Shown here: in pieces, positions 45,547-54,038 of the stretch | Numbering within the stretch: position 1 is the first letter of the stretch | How the letters are laid out: each line of letters opens with the position of its first letter | From: a virus | Length of the DNA: 63,874 nt | IMG/VR virus record: IMGVR_UViG_3300037510_000075 | Direction: 5' to 3' (one strand) | Position numbers and translations under genes: made by a program | The notes under the pieces: model-generated | The model's database searches: none | What the model saw: only the letters and a program-made list of their open reading frames with translations | What the model was told of the DNA's origin: nothing

Positions 45547-46350
45547 TTAAATCTCTATGATTAGGTTGTCATTAAAGTTAATATTTTCTATATCGTGATG
45601 ATAATTTTCGTATCCTCTTGGATTGCAAACTATTCTAGTAGTTCCTAACTTATAGTCAAAACTATCATGGACATGACCGTGAGTCCATAATACTATATTA
45701 GGGTGATCATCCATCATCCATTCCAAACTCGAAGAATATCCTCCATTCATATATTTATCATGTAAATATCTAGGATGTGTGGAAACTTTAGAAGGTGCAT
45801 GGTGAGTACATACAACTACCTTTTTATCATGATATGTTTTACATACATCTTGTAGAGAATTTACAGTTTGATAATATTCATTAATAGTATTAGTAGGTAA
45901 TAAATGATTAATCTGATTCTTTTCTTCCACTAAGTATTTAATTAATCTATAATCATTTAATCCTTTAGCTAATTCTCTTTTAGTTCGCTCATCCTTATTA
46001 TTACAATCTGTCCATAGAGTAGCTCCAAAAAAGACTATATCATCTATTATAATAAACTGTTTTTCTAAAATAGATAAGTTTCTAAGATGAAAAAAAGAAT
46101 CTTTGAAGATATCAAAGGTTTCTTGAAAAACTGAATGATAATGCTCGTGATTACCCATTAAATAAATCACTCTAGGATACTTCTCACAAACATTCTCAAA
46201 GAAGTCTAGACTGTAATCAGAGTTTTTTAAGGCATTAATAGTCGTTATATCACCTCCTAGAATAAGCACATCTGCATCAGCATCATTATTTAGTTGAAAT
46301 TGGCAGGAAGGAAATTCTAAGTGAAGATCACTAACTAATTGAATTTTCAT
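45547..46350 (-). CDS. calcineurin-like metallophosphoesterase
   Basis: 267 aa with the motifs VSDLHLE, GGDIT, GNHE, HHAP and GHVH. Confidence 0.75.
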   Translation of the reverse strand: MKIQLVSDLHLEFPSCQFQLNNDADADVLILGGDITTINALKNSDYSLDFFENVCEKYPRVIYLMGNHEHYHSVFQETFDIFKDSFFHLRNLSILEKQFIIIDDIVFFGATLWTDCNNKDERTKRELAKGLNDYRLIKYLVEEKNQINHLLPTNTINEYYQTVNSLQDVCKTYHDKKVVVCTHHAPSKVSTHPRYLHDKYMNGGYSSSLEWMMDDHPNIVLWTHGHVHDSFDYKLGTTRIVCNPRGYENYHHDIENINFNDNLIIEI

Positions 46351-46388
46351 TGAACCACACTACCTTTCTAGTCGTTTCATATTAGACA

Positions 46389-46589
46389 TTAGAATTCTTC
46401 TTCACGAATTATTACATCTTCCTCTATTTTTGATTCCTTCGAATCTCTCTTATCCCTTAATTCAGTTTCACAACCCCATAAAGGACCACTAAATATTGTT
46501 ACCCATCCAAATAAAAAATGCCATTTTTGTAATTTATGTAAAAAAGTAAATCCTGCTGGTTTAATGATTCTGTATTTAGCCATTGACAT
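46389..46589 (-). CDS. 66-aa membrane protein
   Basis: ORF with a hydrophobic core (WHFLFGWVTIFSGPLW). Its start codons lie inside repeat copy A. Confidence 0.4.
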   Translation of the reverse strand: MSMAKYRIIKPAGFTFLHKLQKWHFLFGWVTIFSGPLWGCETELRDKRDSKESKIEEDVIIREEEF

Positions 46590-46653
46590 TCTCTATTTCA
46601 TCTGTTATAATATCACTGTTATTGGCGCCCGGTAAAGTATACCCTATAGAGGG
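46583..46653 (+). promoter_or_regulatory. copy A of the 71-bp inverted duplication: perfect sigma70 promoter pointing antisense into the DNA polymerase gene
   Basis: TTGACA (46583-46588), 17-nt spacer, TATAAT (46606-46611), with a TGT extended -10 element. It differs at one position from the reverse complement of 63476-63546. Confidence 0.75.
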
Positions 46654-46669
46654 AAGCCAATTCATAGAC

Positions 46670-48553
46670 CTAATGTGTGTCACACCAAGTATCTCCTACC
46701 TTAGATGCACCCGTCAGAGGCACCCTAAACTTTAATTCTTCTGCAGCTTGTGTCATACTTTCTACAGCTAATTCTCCTAGTCGTTGAGCATTCTTTTCTT
46801 CGGTCTCCATCTGCCATTCATCGTGGATATTACCCACAAACCACCATTCAAAGTCTCTCTTTCTGTCTAAGATGATAGCAGCTAACTTCATAACTATACC
46901 ACCTAAACTCTGTATTCTGTAGTTCAGAGCAGCATTCATAGAGTTACATCTGACGTATCCACCATCTATAGTTCTTAACAACCCTTTGTTGAGTTTAAAC
47001 TCCGACTGAACATCCTCGATCAGAGCCCCTAATCCGGGTACGTTCTTGAAGAAAGTCTTAATAACTAACTCACCTTCTTCGGGTGTACCTCTAATAATAC
47101 TACCTAGCTTAGGTGGGTAAGCTCCATATAGCCAAGCATACCAGCTAGTCTTAGCCCCCCATTCTCTGTCTATTTCTCTATTAAATAGTCTAGTTAATTC
47201 TCTAGAGTTCATAGAGTGGATATCATTAGGTTTAGGCTGATTTAGGATAGCCTCCGCCTTCTTATTATTTAAATAGTGTAAAAGCCCTACGGTCTCTAAC
47301 CCACTAGCATCTGCCCCCACCAATTTAAGGCCCTTCTGAGGCTCTACGGACCACAGAGAGCGGCATTCTGCTCCGTAGGCTGCCTTAGTAGGGTGAGGAA
47401 TATTGGCCGTGTTGGGGCTGCTGTGAGTCATACGGCGGGTGCTAGCCCCGCAGGTGAGAACCCTACCGTGGATACGGCTATCTGGTTTTAGATTCTCTAA
47501 CCAAGTCTCTATCATATTAGCTCGGCCATTACAGACGAGCCATTCTGCTATAGCCCCTACCTCTGGTTTCCCAGATAGTTTAGCAAAGGCTAAGAGGGCT
47601 TCTTCATCTACCTTAGGATTACCTTTCTCAGTAAAGGAGGTAGGCTCAAACCCTAGCTTGAGGAGTCTCTCGACTCGTTGGACTGGAGAACCAATATTAA
47701 AATCCACATAGTCCAAGCAACTATAAGTATCGTCATCGTTATCTTGGATTACTGGATAGGTTTCAAAGTGGCGAATATATGACGAATAGTCGCTTCCATC
47801 CTTACGTTTTCGTCTAGTATATCTCCCCACCTCTTTGAGTTCTGGCGGAAAAAGCTTTTGTATCGGGATGGAAAGATCGGACTCCTTTCCCCGCAGGTAG
47901 TCACGTAAGTTCTCAGCTCCGACCCTGTTAAACCAAAAGCCTCTAGCTGTCTGTCTATCGATAATCTCTCTGATGCGGTGCTCAATCTCACAACTTTTTT
48001 CTGAAAAACCTATTTTATACATACGTGAACTAAGAGCCTCATAAACTTTCTCTAACAACTCTACGTCTTGTTCACATCTAATTAACATAGCCTCACTGTA
48101 TTGAGACCAGTCTTCGTGTTCTACTTTTCTGTGATTTAATCTATATCCGTATGCCTCTAGTGAATGAGCACCTTTCCTGTCTGTCTTACTTCTTTTAGCA
48201 TTCTCTACCTTCAATCCCTCTGGAATCTCTAGGTTAGGATTGTAAAGATAACTCAGAACTAAAGTATCGATCTGATTGTCTAATGGAATAGTAAAGCCAG
48301 TAAACTTAGACAATACAGGAAAATCGAAAGACACACCGTTATGAGCAACAAACTGAGAGACAGATAAATTTCTCTCATTAAAAAACTTTCTTAATTCATG
48401 GTAGATATTAGCAGACCCATCATTGATGAATCTCCATATCTGTTGTGTGCCTCTGTTCTTGATGATGCAGCAATGAATCCGAGTAGGATTCAACCCATCG
48501 GTTTCTATATCTAGAAAGTAGCAATTATTATTATCGAGTTGCTTTAAGTACAA
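46670..48553 (-). CDS. family A DNA polymerase with N-terminal 3'-5' exonuclease
   Basis: 627 aa. Exonuclease motifs are FLDIETDGL, HNGVSFDFPVL and CEQDVELL. Polymerase motif A is GADASGLE, motif B is REWGAKTSWYAWLYG and motif C is GNIHDEW. Confidence 0.9.
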   Translation of the reverse strand: MYLKQLDNNNCYFLDIETDGLNPTRIHCCIIKNRGTQQIWRFINDGSANIYHELRKFFNERNLSVSQFVAHNGVSFDFPVLSKFTGFTIPLDNQIDTLVLSYLYNPNLEIPEGLKVENAKRSKTDRKGAHSLEAYGYRLNHRKVEHEDWSQYSEAMLIRCEQDVELLEKVYEALSSRMYKIGFSEKSCEIEHRIREIIDRQTARGFWFNRVGAENLRDYLRGKESDLSIPIQKLFPPELKEVGRYTRRKRKDGSDYSSYIRHFETYPVIQDNDDDTYSCLDYVDFNIGSPVQRVERLLKLGFEPTSFTEKGNPKVDEEALLAFAKLSGKPEVGAIAEWLVCNGRANMIETWLENLKPDSRIHGRVLTCGASTRRMTHSSPNTANIPHPTKAAYGAECRSLWSVEPQKGLKLVGADASGLETVGLLHYLNNKKAEAILNQPKPNDIHSMNSRELTRLFNREIDREWGAKTSWYAWLYGAYPPKLGSIIRGTPEEGELVIKTFFKNVPGLGALIEDVQSEFKLNKGLLRTIDGGYVRCNSMNAALNYRIQSLGGIVMKLAAIILDRKRDFEWWFVGNIHDEWQMETEEKNAQRLGELAVESMTQAAEELKFRVPLTGASKVGDTWCDTH

Positions 48554-48554
48554 A

Positions 48555-49079
48555 CTATATTAATCCTGATAATTCTATAGGCCTCCAATTGGTATGTTCT
48601 AAACTAACGCATTTGTATCTTTTGTCTTCTAGACCCTTATCATCTACCACAAAACCAGAATGTAGATGACCGTGAATATTTATACCAAATCTAATTAAAG
48701 AATTAGGATGAACAGGAACATGAGAGAGAACATATCTCTTTTCGCCATCTCTCATCTTACCAACTACATAAGCTCTTATATCATCAAAATAAGGTAAATA
48801 GTCTTCTAATTTAAAAATATCGTGATTGCCTTTCACTAAAACCTTACGACCTTGTAATTGTCCTAATTTATATAAGCCTTTTCTTCTTATTACAATATCC
48901 CCTAATAAATAAACTCTATCTTGAGGGGCTACTAATTCATTCCAATATTGGATTAAAGCTTGGTCATGTTCTTCATAGGAATCCCAAGGACGTAGTTTAG
49001 AACCATCTTGCCTATGAAAATTAACTATATTAGGGTGCTCTAAATGGAGATCGGCAACAACCCATGTCTTACCACTCAT
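48555..49079 (-). CDS. small metallophosphoesterase
   Basis: 174 aa with the motifs VADLHLEH, LGDIV, GNHD and HGHLH. Confidence 0.7.
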   Translation of the reverse strand: MSGKTWVVADLHLEHPNIVNFHRQDGSKLRPWDSYEEHDQALIQYWNELVAPQDRVYLLGDIVIRRKGLYKLGQLQGRKVLVKGNHDIFKLEDYLPYFDDIRAYVVGKMRDGEKRYVLSHVPVHPNSLIRFGINIHGHLHSGFVVDDKGLEDKRYKCVSLEHTNWRPIELSGLI

Positions 49080-49276
49080 AAAATATCCCAGTACCTGTTG
49101 ATATACTCTTTATCAAGTTCAGTCTCTTTAAGACCTGTGGGAAGGTTTACATAATGAACCTTATAAGTAAAAGGTCCACAGTGATATGCAATTTCTTTGA
49201 GTCTGTGTTCTATAGAAGGCCAGTTCCATCTATTGAGATGGACTAGAAAGGTAGTGTAATTCACTTGTTTAGTCAT
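49076..49276 (-). CDS. hypothetical 66-aa protein
   Basis: ORF 49076..49333. The ATG at 49276 (MTKQVNY) avoids overlap with the upstream ORF. Confidence 0.4.
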   Translation of the reverse strand: MTKQVNYTTFLVHLNRWNWPSIEHRLKEIAYHCGPFTYKVHYVNLPTGLKETELDKEYINRYWDIL

Positions 49277-49280
49277 ATTA

Positions 49281-49469
49281 TTAACACCATAATTTATATT
49301 CCTCCAAATATTTCCACGCAAGATTAATATCAAACTGAATAGTAGTGTGCACAGAATGCCATTTAGGAAATTGTCTTTGAACAGCTAAATACTTTAAAAG
49401 AGATTCTCTAAGCTCTTCTAATTCATTAGAAGGTCCACCTAAATATATTCCTTTGATGTTCAATCCCAA
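49281..49469 (-). CDS. hypothetical 62-aa protein
   Basis: ORF that overlaps the primase-helicase stop. Confidence 0.4.
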   Translation of the reverse strand: MGLNIKGIYLGGPSNELEELRESLLKYLAVQRQFPKWHSVHTTIQFDINLAWKYLEEYKLWC

Positions 49470-51130
49470 TCCTCATCTATCGATATCTTCTTAGACTTAT
49501 CATTGTTCAGGTACTCTTGTAAACTCTCTTGTGGTAACTCCATTAACCTTCCGATCTCAGCATCATACTTCAGCAAACAAGCAGGTCCTGTCTTACCAGA
49601 GAATCTATTCTTCTCTACGGTTACTTTAGTTAGGTTTCTTACTTCATCATCATCAGACTTCAAATCTCTGTATAGCTTAATAACTATATTAGAGAGTTGT
49701 TCGATACCCATAGTACCACGGATTTCACCCTTACGGTTCTGATGCACTACAGCTATTACGGCTATGTTAAGTTCCATACACAGAGTCTTTAGCTTTGTGC
49801 TGATCTCATCTAGCTGCTTTCTTTCATCACCACTCTGATCTGATACAATAATAGATAGATGATCTAATACGATGTACTTACACCCTAGATTATGCATGTA
49901 CCTTACAAAGTCTAAGACCTTAGTAATATCATTAGAACCGAAGTGATCCCAGATAACTATCTTCTCATTACCGTAGACAGCATCAAAATATTTACGAAGC
50001 TCGTCATCAGGCACCTTATCTCTTACATCAGGTAAGTGTAAAGGTTTATTAGCTGCTAATGACATTAGGCCTAGAAGAGTCTCTTTATTAGAGTCTTCTA
50101 GCATCATTAAACCAATACCCCTACTATCATCCTTATTAGCTAGTATAGTTTGAAGAATATTAAAAACTATCTCCCTGACCGTAGAAGTCTTACCTACTCC
50201 GGGGAAAGCTGTAATAGTTACAAATTCAGATAGTCTGATTCCGTAGGTGAGTCTATTAAGACCATCCCAAGGATAAGGAACAGAAGTAGTATTATCATCT
50301 TTACGGATAACCTCATCCCACATATCTTTGGCTAATTTAAGCCCTAGCGGGGACCATACAGGGGCTTTCCACCATTCCTTGACAAACTCCTTATCCCAAC
50401 CCTTCATCAGGTAATCGTTAGCATCTTTGGCTTTACGAAGAGTTAGGACTCTAACTTTACCTAACTCAAATCTAGCGGCTACCTTTTGTGCTGCCTCTTG
50501 TCCGGGGAAATAAGAAGAGCCATCCGGTCTGAAGTGTTCTTTATCATTATCAAAACAGATAACGATAGTCTCGAAAGAGTTTAAGTATTGGAAGTTATCT
50601 TGAATCTCTTTGAGAGCTGAACTCACAGACTTAATAGCCACACACGGATATTCTTTACCCGTCATTTCGTAAGCAGCTAGAGCATCAAATGCACCCTCTA
50701 GAATGGTGATCTGCTTCGCAGAGCCTGCAGGAAATAACTGTTGTCCGAAAAGACAACTCTTATTGATATCCCCTTGGATCATAAAACCCTTAGTAGCTTC
50801 TACCTTGAATTGGTTAGCTATATGGGTCTTACCATCTCTAGAGTAATAAGGAAACACAAACTCATTGTTGTCGTTAACCCAAACTCCATAGAACTCTGCG
50901 GTCTGCTTAGATATATTTCTCTCTGAGATAACCCTGCACTTATCTTTGTTCACAGGAGTTATTGCAGAGACAGGCTTTAAATCAAAATCTTCTTTTTGCT
51001 CTATCAATTTCTTAGTATCTCTATTCTTGTAGATGTGCTTATTGCACGAATAACAATGAGTGTATTCTCCATAATCTGTTACAGCGTCTGAACTTCCACA
51101 AAACTCACACGATAGTTTATAAATAGGCAT
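49460..51130 (-). CDS. bifunctional primase-helicase (T7 gp4-like)
   Basis: 556 aa. It has the zinc finger CEFCGSS...CYSC, the TOPRIM motif ILEGAFDALAAY, and Walker A AFPGVGKTS followed by a DnaB-type helicase body. Confidence 0.88.
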   Translation of the reverse strand: MPIYKLSCEFCGSSDAVTDYGEYTHCYSCNKHIYKNRDTKKLIEQKEDFDLKPVSAITPVNKDKCRVISERNISKQTAEFYGVWVNDNNEFVFPYYSRDGKTHIANQFKVEATKGFMIQGDINKSCLFGQQLFPAGSAKQITILEGAFDALAAYEMTGKEYPCVAIKSVSSALKEIQDNFQYLNSFETIVICFDNDKEHFRPDGSSYFPGQEAAQKVAARFELGKVRVLTLRKAKDANDYLMKGWDKEFVKEWWKAPVWSPLGLKLAKDMWDEVIRKDDNTTSVPYPWDGLNRLTYGIRLSEFVTITAFPGVGKTSTVREIVFNILQTILANKDDSRGIGLMMLEDSNKETLLGLMSLAANKPLHLPDVRDKVPDDELRKYFDAVYGNEKIVIWDHFGSNDITKVLDFVRYMHNLGCKYIVLDHLSIIVSDQSGDERKQLDEISTKLKTLCMELNIAVIAVVHQNRKGEIRGTMGIEQLSNIVIKLYRDLKSDDDEVRNLTKVTVEKNRFSGKTGPACLLKYDAEIGRLMELPQESLQEYLNNDKSKKISIDEDWD

Positions 51131-51691
51131 TTATACATTAGCTAATTCAAATTTGGATTTATCACCTTCAAAAGTTCTCTTAAAGATACTATCTGTGTAT
51201 GTGTGATATATACAAATACCTTCTGGGTCCATAAATCCGGGAGAAGCCTTTGATCCACCCAATCTTAATTCGAGCATAAATTTATCTATCTCATCTCTGA
51301 AAAACTCACAGAACCCTAAGACAGGCACCACATCGCAGCAATCAGGCTTATTAGAATTAGGATTAGTCCATCTACCTGTGTTAAAAAGAGAGAATCTCTT
51401 CTCTTTAAGATTATAACCTCTCTGAATACCATAACCCCACCACTCACCAAAATGGTGTCCCGGTCCTAACCCTCTTAATTCTTCTTCATTTTCATAAGCC
51501 CATTTAGCAAATCCATAATTATCTCGTTCAGGTGTTATCCATCTATTTCTAGAGCCTACAAGAAAATCTCCATTCTCTCCTATATAGATCGATGCATTAG
51601 TCCCATCTAGTTTTTCTGTGATAACACAACCATTAACTTTACTCAGTCTTCCAATTTTAGGGAAAGGTTTGAATTCAATTGTCATGGCCAT
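51131..51691 (-). CDS. ATP-dependent RNA/DNA ligase-like nucleotidyltransferase (small RNA-ligase type)
   Basis: 186 aa with the adenylylation motif KLDGTNASIY and downstream GEWWGYGIQ. Confidence 0.55.
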   Translation of the reverse strand: MAMTIEFKPFPKIGRLSKVNGCVITEKLDGTNASIYIGENGDFLVGSRNRWITPERDNYGFAKWAYENEEELRGLGPGHHFGEWWGYGIQRGYNLKEKRFSLFNTGRWTNPNSNKPDCCDVVPVLGFCEFFRDEIDKFMLELRLGGSKASPGFMDPEGICIYHTYTDSIFKRTFEGDKSKFELANV

Positions 51692-52167
51692 ACATTCCTT
51701 GTGATCGCCTCAAATAACATTACTCTATCTTTCTTCTCTAGAAGGTTCATACTCTTAGCTAATACCGTTGCCTTTAAAAAGTTATCGAAATACTCTGGTG
51801 AACAAGTTAGTATTAGATTTAATGAATCTTTCTTAAAAGAGAGAAATAAACCTCTATTCTCTTTTACATCTTCTTCTGAAGGAAATTCTTTCAAATTCAA
51901 ATTTGCGTTTTCGACTTTTATTTTTGTATATTCTACACCAGTCCCATTCCATACAGCTTTATATCGTATAACTTTTGAGCTTAATGAACCTCCTATTATA
52001 AACCCATGATCTGTTAAATCTTCTATAAATTTATTAACAACTCCTGTATCTACTAAGCATAAATAATCTTCATCTGTATCCATAGGAGGTGGATCACAGA
52101 TAACACGGCTACCAGTAGGAAGGATATCTAAACAGTATTGAGCCCACCATTCTTTCTTATAAAACAT
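51682..52167 (-). CDS. hypothetical 161-aa protein
   Basis: ORF only. Confidence 0.45.
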   Translation of the reverse strand: MFYKKEWWAQYCLDILPTGSRVICDPPPMDTDEDYLCLVDTGVVNKFIEDLTDHGFIIGGSLSSKVIRYKAVWNGTGVEYTKIKVENANLNLKEFPSEEDVKENRGLFLSFKKDSLNLILTCSPEYFDNFLKATVLAKSMNLLEKKDRVMLFEAITRNVWP

Positions 52168-52179
52168 AATAACCTCTGA

Positions 52180-52434
52180 TCAAGATTCTTCTTCTAGTTC
52201 TTCTTCTATGAGTAAAGACTCTAACGGTATATAATTCTCTTCTACTATATCTAATAAAGGATCGTGAACACTCATACTAATATCTGTTATTCGACTCCAT
52301 TCTATTTCTTTAGACATTGCTGCTAATTGAACTTCTAGTGTAGGTTCAAAACACTCCGCACAATACCAACGTCCTGTATGTTGATCTACTGGTGTTGCTT
52401 CAGCAAGATTTATATCACAAGCATAGCATCTCAT
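52180..52434 (-). CDS. zinc-ribbon protein with acidic tail
   Basis: The likely start is MRCYAC, which forms an ATGA overlap with the upstream stop. The Cys pairs are CYAC...CAEC. Confidence 0.45.
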   Translation of the reverse strand: MRCYACDINLAEATPVDQHTGRWYCAECFEPTLEVQLAAMSKEIEWSRITDISMSVHDPLLDIVEENYIPLESLLIEEELEEES

Positions 52435-52835
52435 AATCCTAATATTCTCTTTCTGGCTTCTGTGTACATACACATATTACCATATATAGGCCCACTCAAT
52501 CTCTGACACATAAAATGAAAGTGTCTGGCTCTAATATTTCTATCTGTATAATTCTTAACAAAAGTAGCCCATTCCCCTTTGTGAGCTATCACTTCTTCTT
52601 GTAATCTAAATTGTGGTTCATTTATGTATCGGTCCCACCAATCATCTATGGATGGTAACTTTAATTGTCTCTCTCCGTGGATTAGCTCATGTACTACTAA
52701 GTGTTCGGGGATATCTACACCACTAGGATTATAGATGGTTGTACCATAAGCATAAAGCACATTAGGTTTATCTTTTACTTGAAAAGCTTTATCTATAGCC
52801 TTTATATTAGGCGGCCAATTCTTCTCTTCTTTCAC
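52431..52835 (-). CDS. hypothetical protein with HELIH motif (possible metallopeptidase)
   Basis: 134 aa with a GTG start. It contains VVHELIHGERQ. Confidence 0.4.
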   Translation of the reverse strand: MKEEKNWPPNIKAIDKAFQVKDKPNVLYAYGTTIYNPSGVDIPEHLVVHELIHGERQLKLPSIDDWWDRYINEPQFRLQEEVIAHKGEWATFVKNYTDRNIRARHFHFMCQRLSGPIYGNMCMYTEARKRILGL

Positions 52836-52948
52836 TTAACAGACCCTCCTCATAATTCATTTCTTCCCAGTCATTTAGAGACATATATGTTTCCTCCGAT
52901 TCGAATGGGTCCATAAATACTGTTTCTTCTCGTTGATAAGGGTAAAAT

Positions 52949-53734
52949 CTATACATCTACAAACTCCTGAGACAGTGCTTCAACGTACTTTTCTAAGGTT
53001 TGACCTTGTAGTCCGGGGGCAGTATTGATCTCTAGAACATAAGCTTTTTCCCTGTTTTTATTGTAGATAACATCTACAGCACCAAAGTCTAATCCGCTAT
53101 TAAGAAAAGCTTTATTAGCTTGATCTAGAACATCTTGTGGAGGTTCACCAGAATTACGTACATAGATAAATCCATTCTTGTGGGCTCTTATACGCCACTC
53201 AGTCGGTGTCTGCTGAGGGTCTCTAATCTTACGTTGAACGTCCATAATGCTTAGAGAAGAACTTATGTGGACTCTCCACTCACTGTCTTTAGGGACATAT
53301 TTAGTATATAAAGGTGCGTCTGGTATATCATCTAGAGAATTATCTACGTTATTAACGAGTATTATACCATCTCCAGAGTGGCCTGTCAACTTAGTTCTAC
53401 ATACTAAAGTATCTCCTTGGTTAAACCAAACTAAAGCTAAGTCTTTTTCAGTTGTCCAAGGAACTAATCTACATGCACTATCATCAAAAGATGACTGATG
53501 CTTAAAGAATTTAATCTTATTCGTACAAGTCCCCACTAGTTCCGGTTGATTGACAATCCACTTAGCAGCAGAGAATTCAGAAGGAACCTCTGAACAACCC
53601 CAGTTAATAATATACTTATCTTGTGGATTGAATTTTGAGTTCTCTCTTTTAATTCTCTTGATACCTAAGGCTTCGGATAAGGCTTTAGCAGACTGACTCT
53701 TACTGTTGTAGGAGTATAGAAATACATTATTCAT
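52949..53734 (-). CDS. ATP-grasp ligase (RimK-like)
   Basis: 261 aa with the motifs TGHSGDGIILV and KAYVLEINTAPGLQG. Confidence 0.65.
   Translation of the reverse strand: MNNVFLYSYNSKSQSAKALSEALGIKRIKRENSKFNPQDKYIINWGCSEVPSEFSAAKWIVNQPELVGTCTNKIKFFKHQSSFDDSACRLVPWTTEKDLALVWFNQGDTLVCRTKLTGHSGDGIILVNNVDNSLDDIPDAPLYTKYVPKDSEWRVHISSSLSIMDVQRKIRDPQQTPTEWRIRAHKNGFIYVRNSGEPPQDVLDQANKAFLNSGLDFGAVDVIYNKNREKAYVLEINTAPGLQGQTLEKYVEALSQEFVDV
53361..53389 (-). promoter_or_regulatory. perfect sigma70 promoter embedded in the ATP-grasp coding sequence
   Basis: TTGACA (complement of 53389-53384), 17-nt spacer, TATAAT (complement of 53366-53361), with a TGG extended -10 element. Confidence 0.7.
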
Positions 53735-53745
53735 TTAGGTTCCTT

Positions 53746-54018
53746 TTAGATAGATTTAACTCTAATAACTTTTATGTGGGGGATTGCTAGTGGTTGATCA
53801 TACCAAATATAGTAAAGTCTGCAGTTTGGGGGTAATGAACAATCAAATGTTATTTGAGTTGGTCCGTGAGTTAATGTTATAACGGAATTGTTTGCAGACT
53901 CATTAATCACCGATTGAACAACACAAGGACGTCCTTGCATCCAAATAAGATCACCCTCTTCCGATTCAAAGTATTCAGATTGTGGTGTAGAATATCCATC
54001 CCAATAATGACTTTGCAA
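53746..54018 (-). CDS. hypothetical 90-aa protein (operon member)
   Basis: ORF with an 11-nt gap to the ATP-grasp gene. Confidence 0.45.
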   Translation of the reverse strand: MQSHYWDGYSTPQSEYFESEEGDLIWMQGRPCVVQSVINESANNSVITLTHGPTQITFDCSLPPNCRLYYIWYDQPLAIPHIKVIRVKSI

Positions 54019-54038
54019 GTCACTTAAACCAAGTTCTT

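Noticed and set aside
39533-48553. Z-genome (2-aminoadenine) system, suggested by MazG-like and dATP/dGTP-diphosphohydrolase-like genes together with a family A polymerase.
   Set aside because: No PurZ (adenylosuccinate-synthetase-like, GDEGKGK-type) ORF and no HD-domain DatZ-like ORF is present anywhere in the window.
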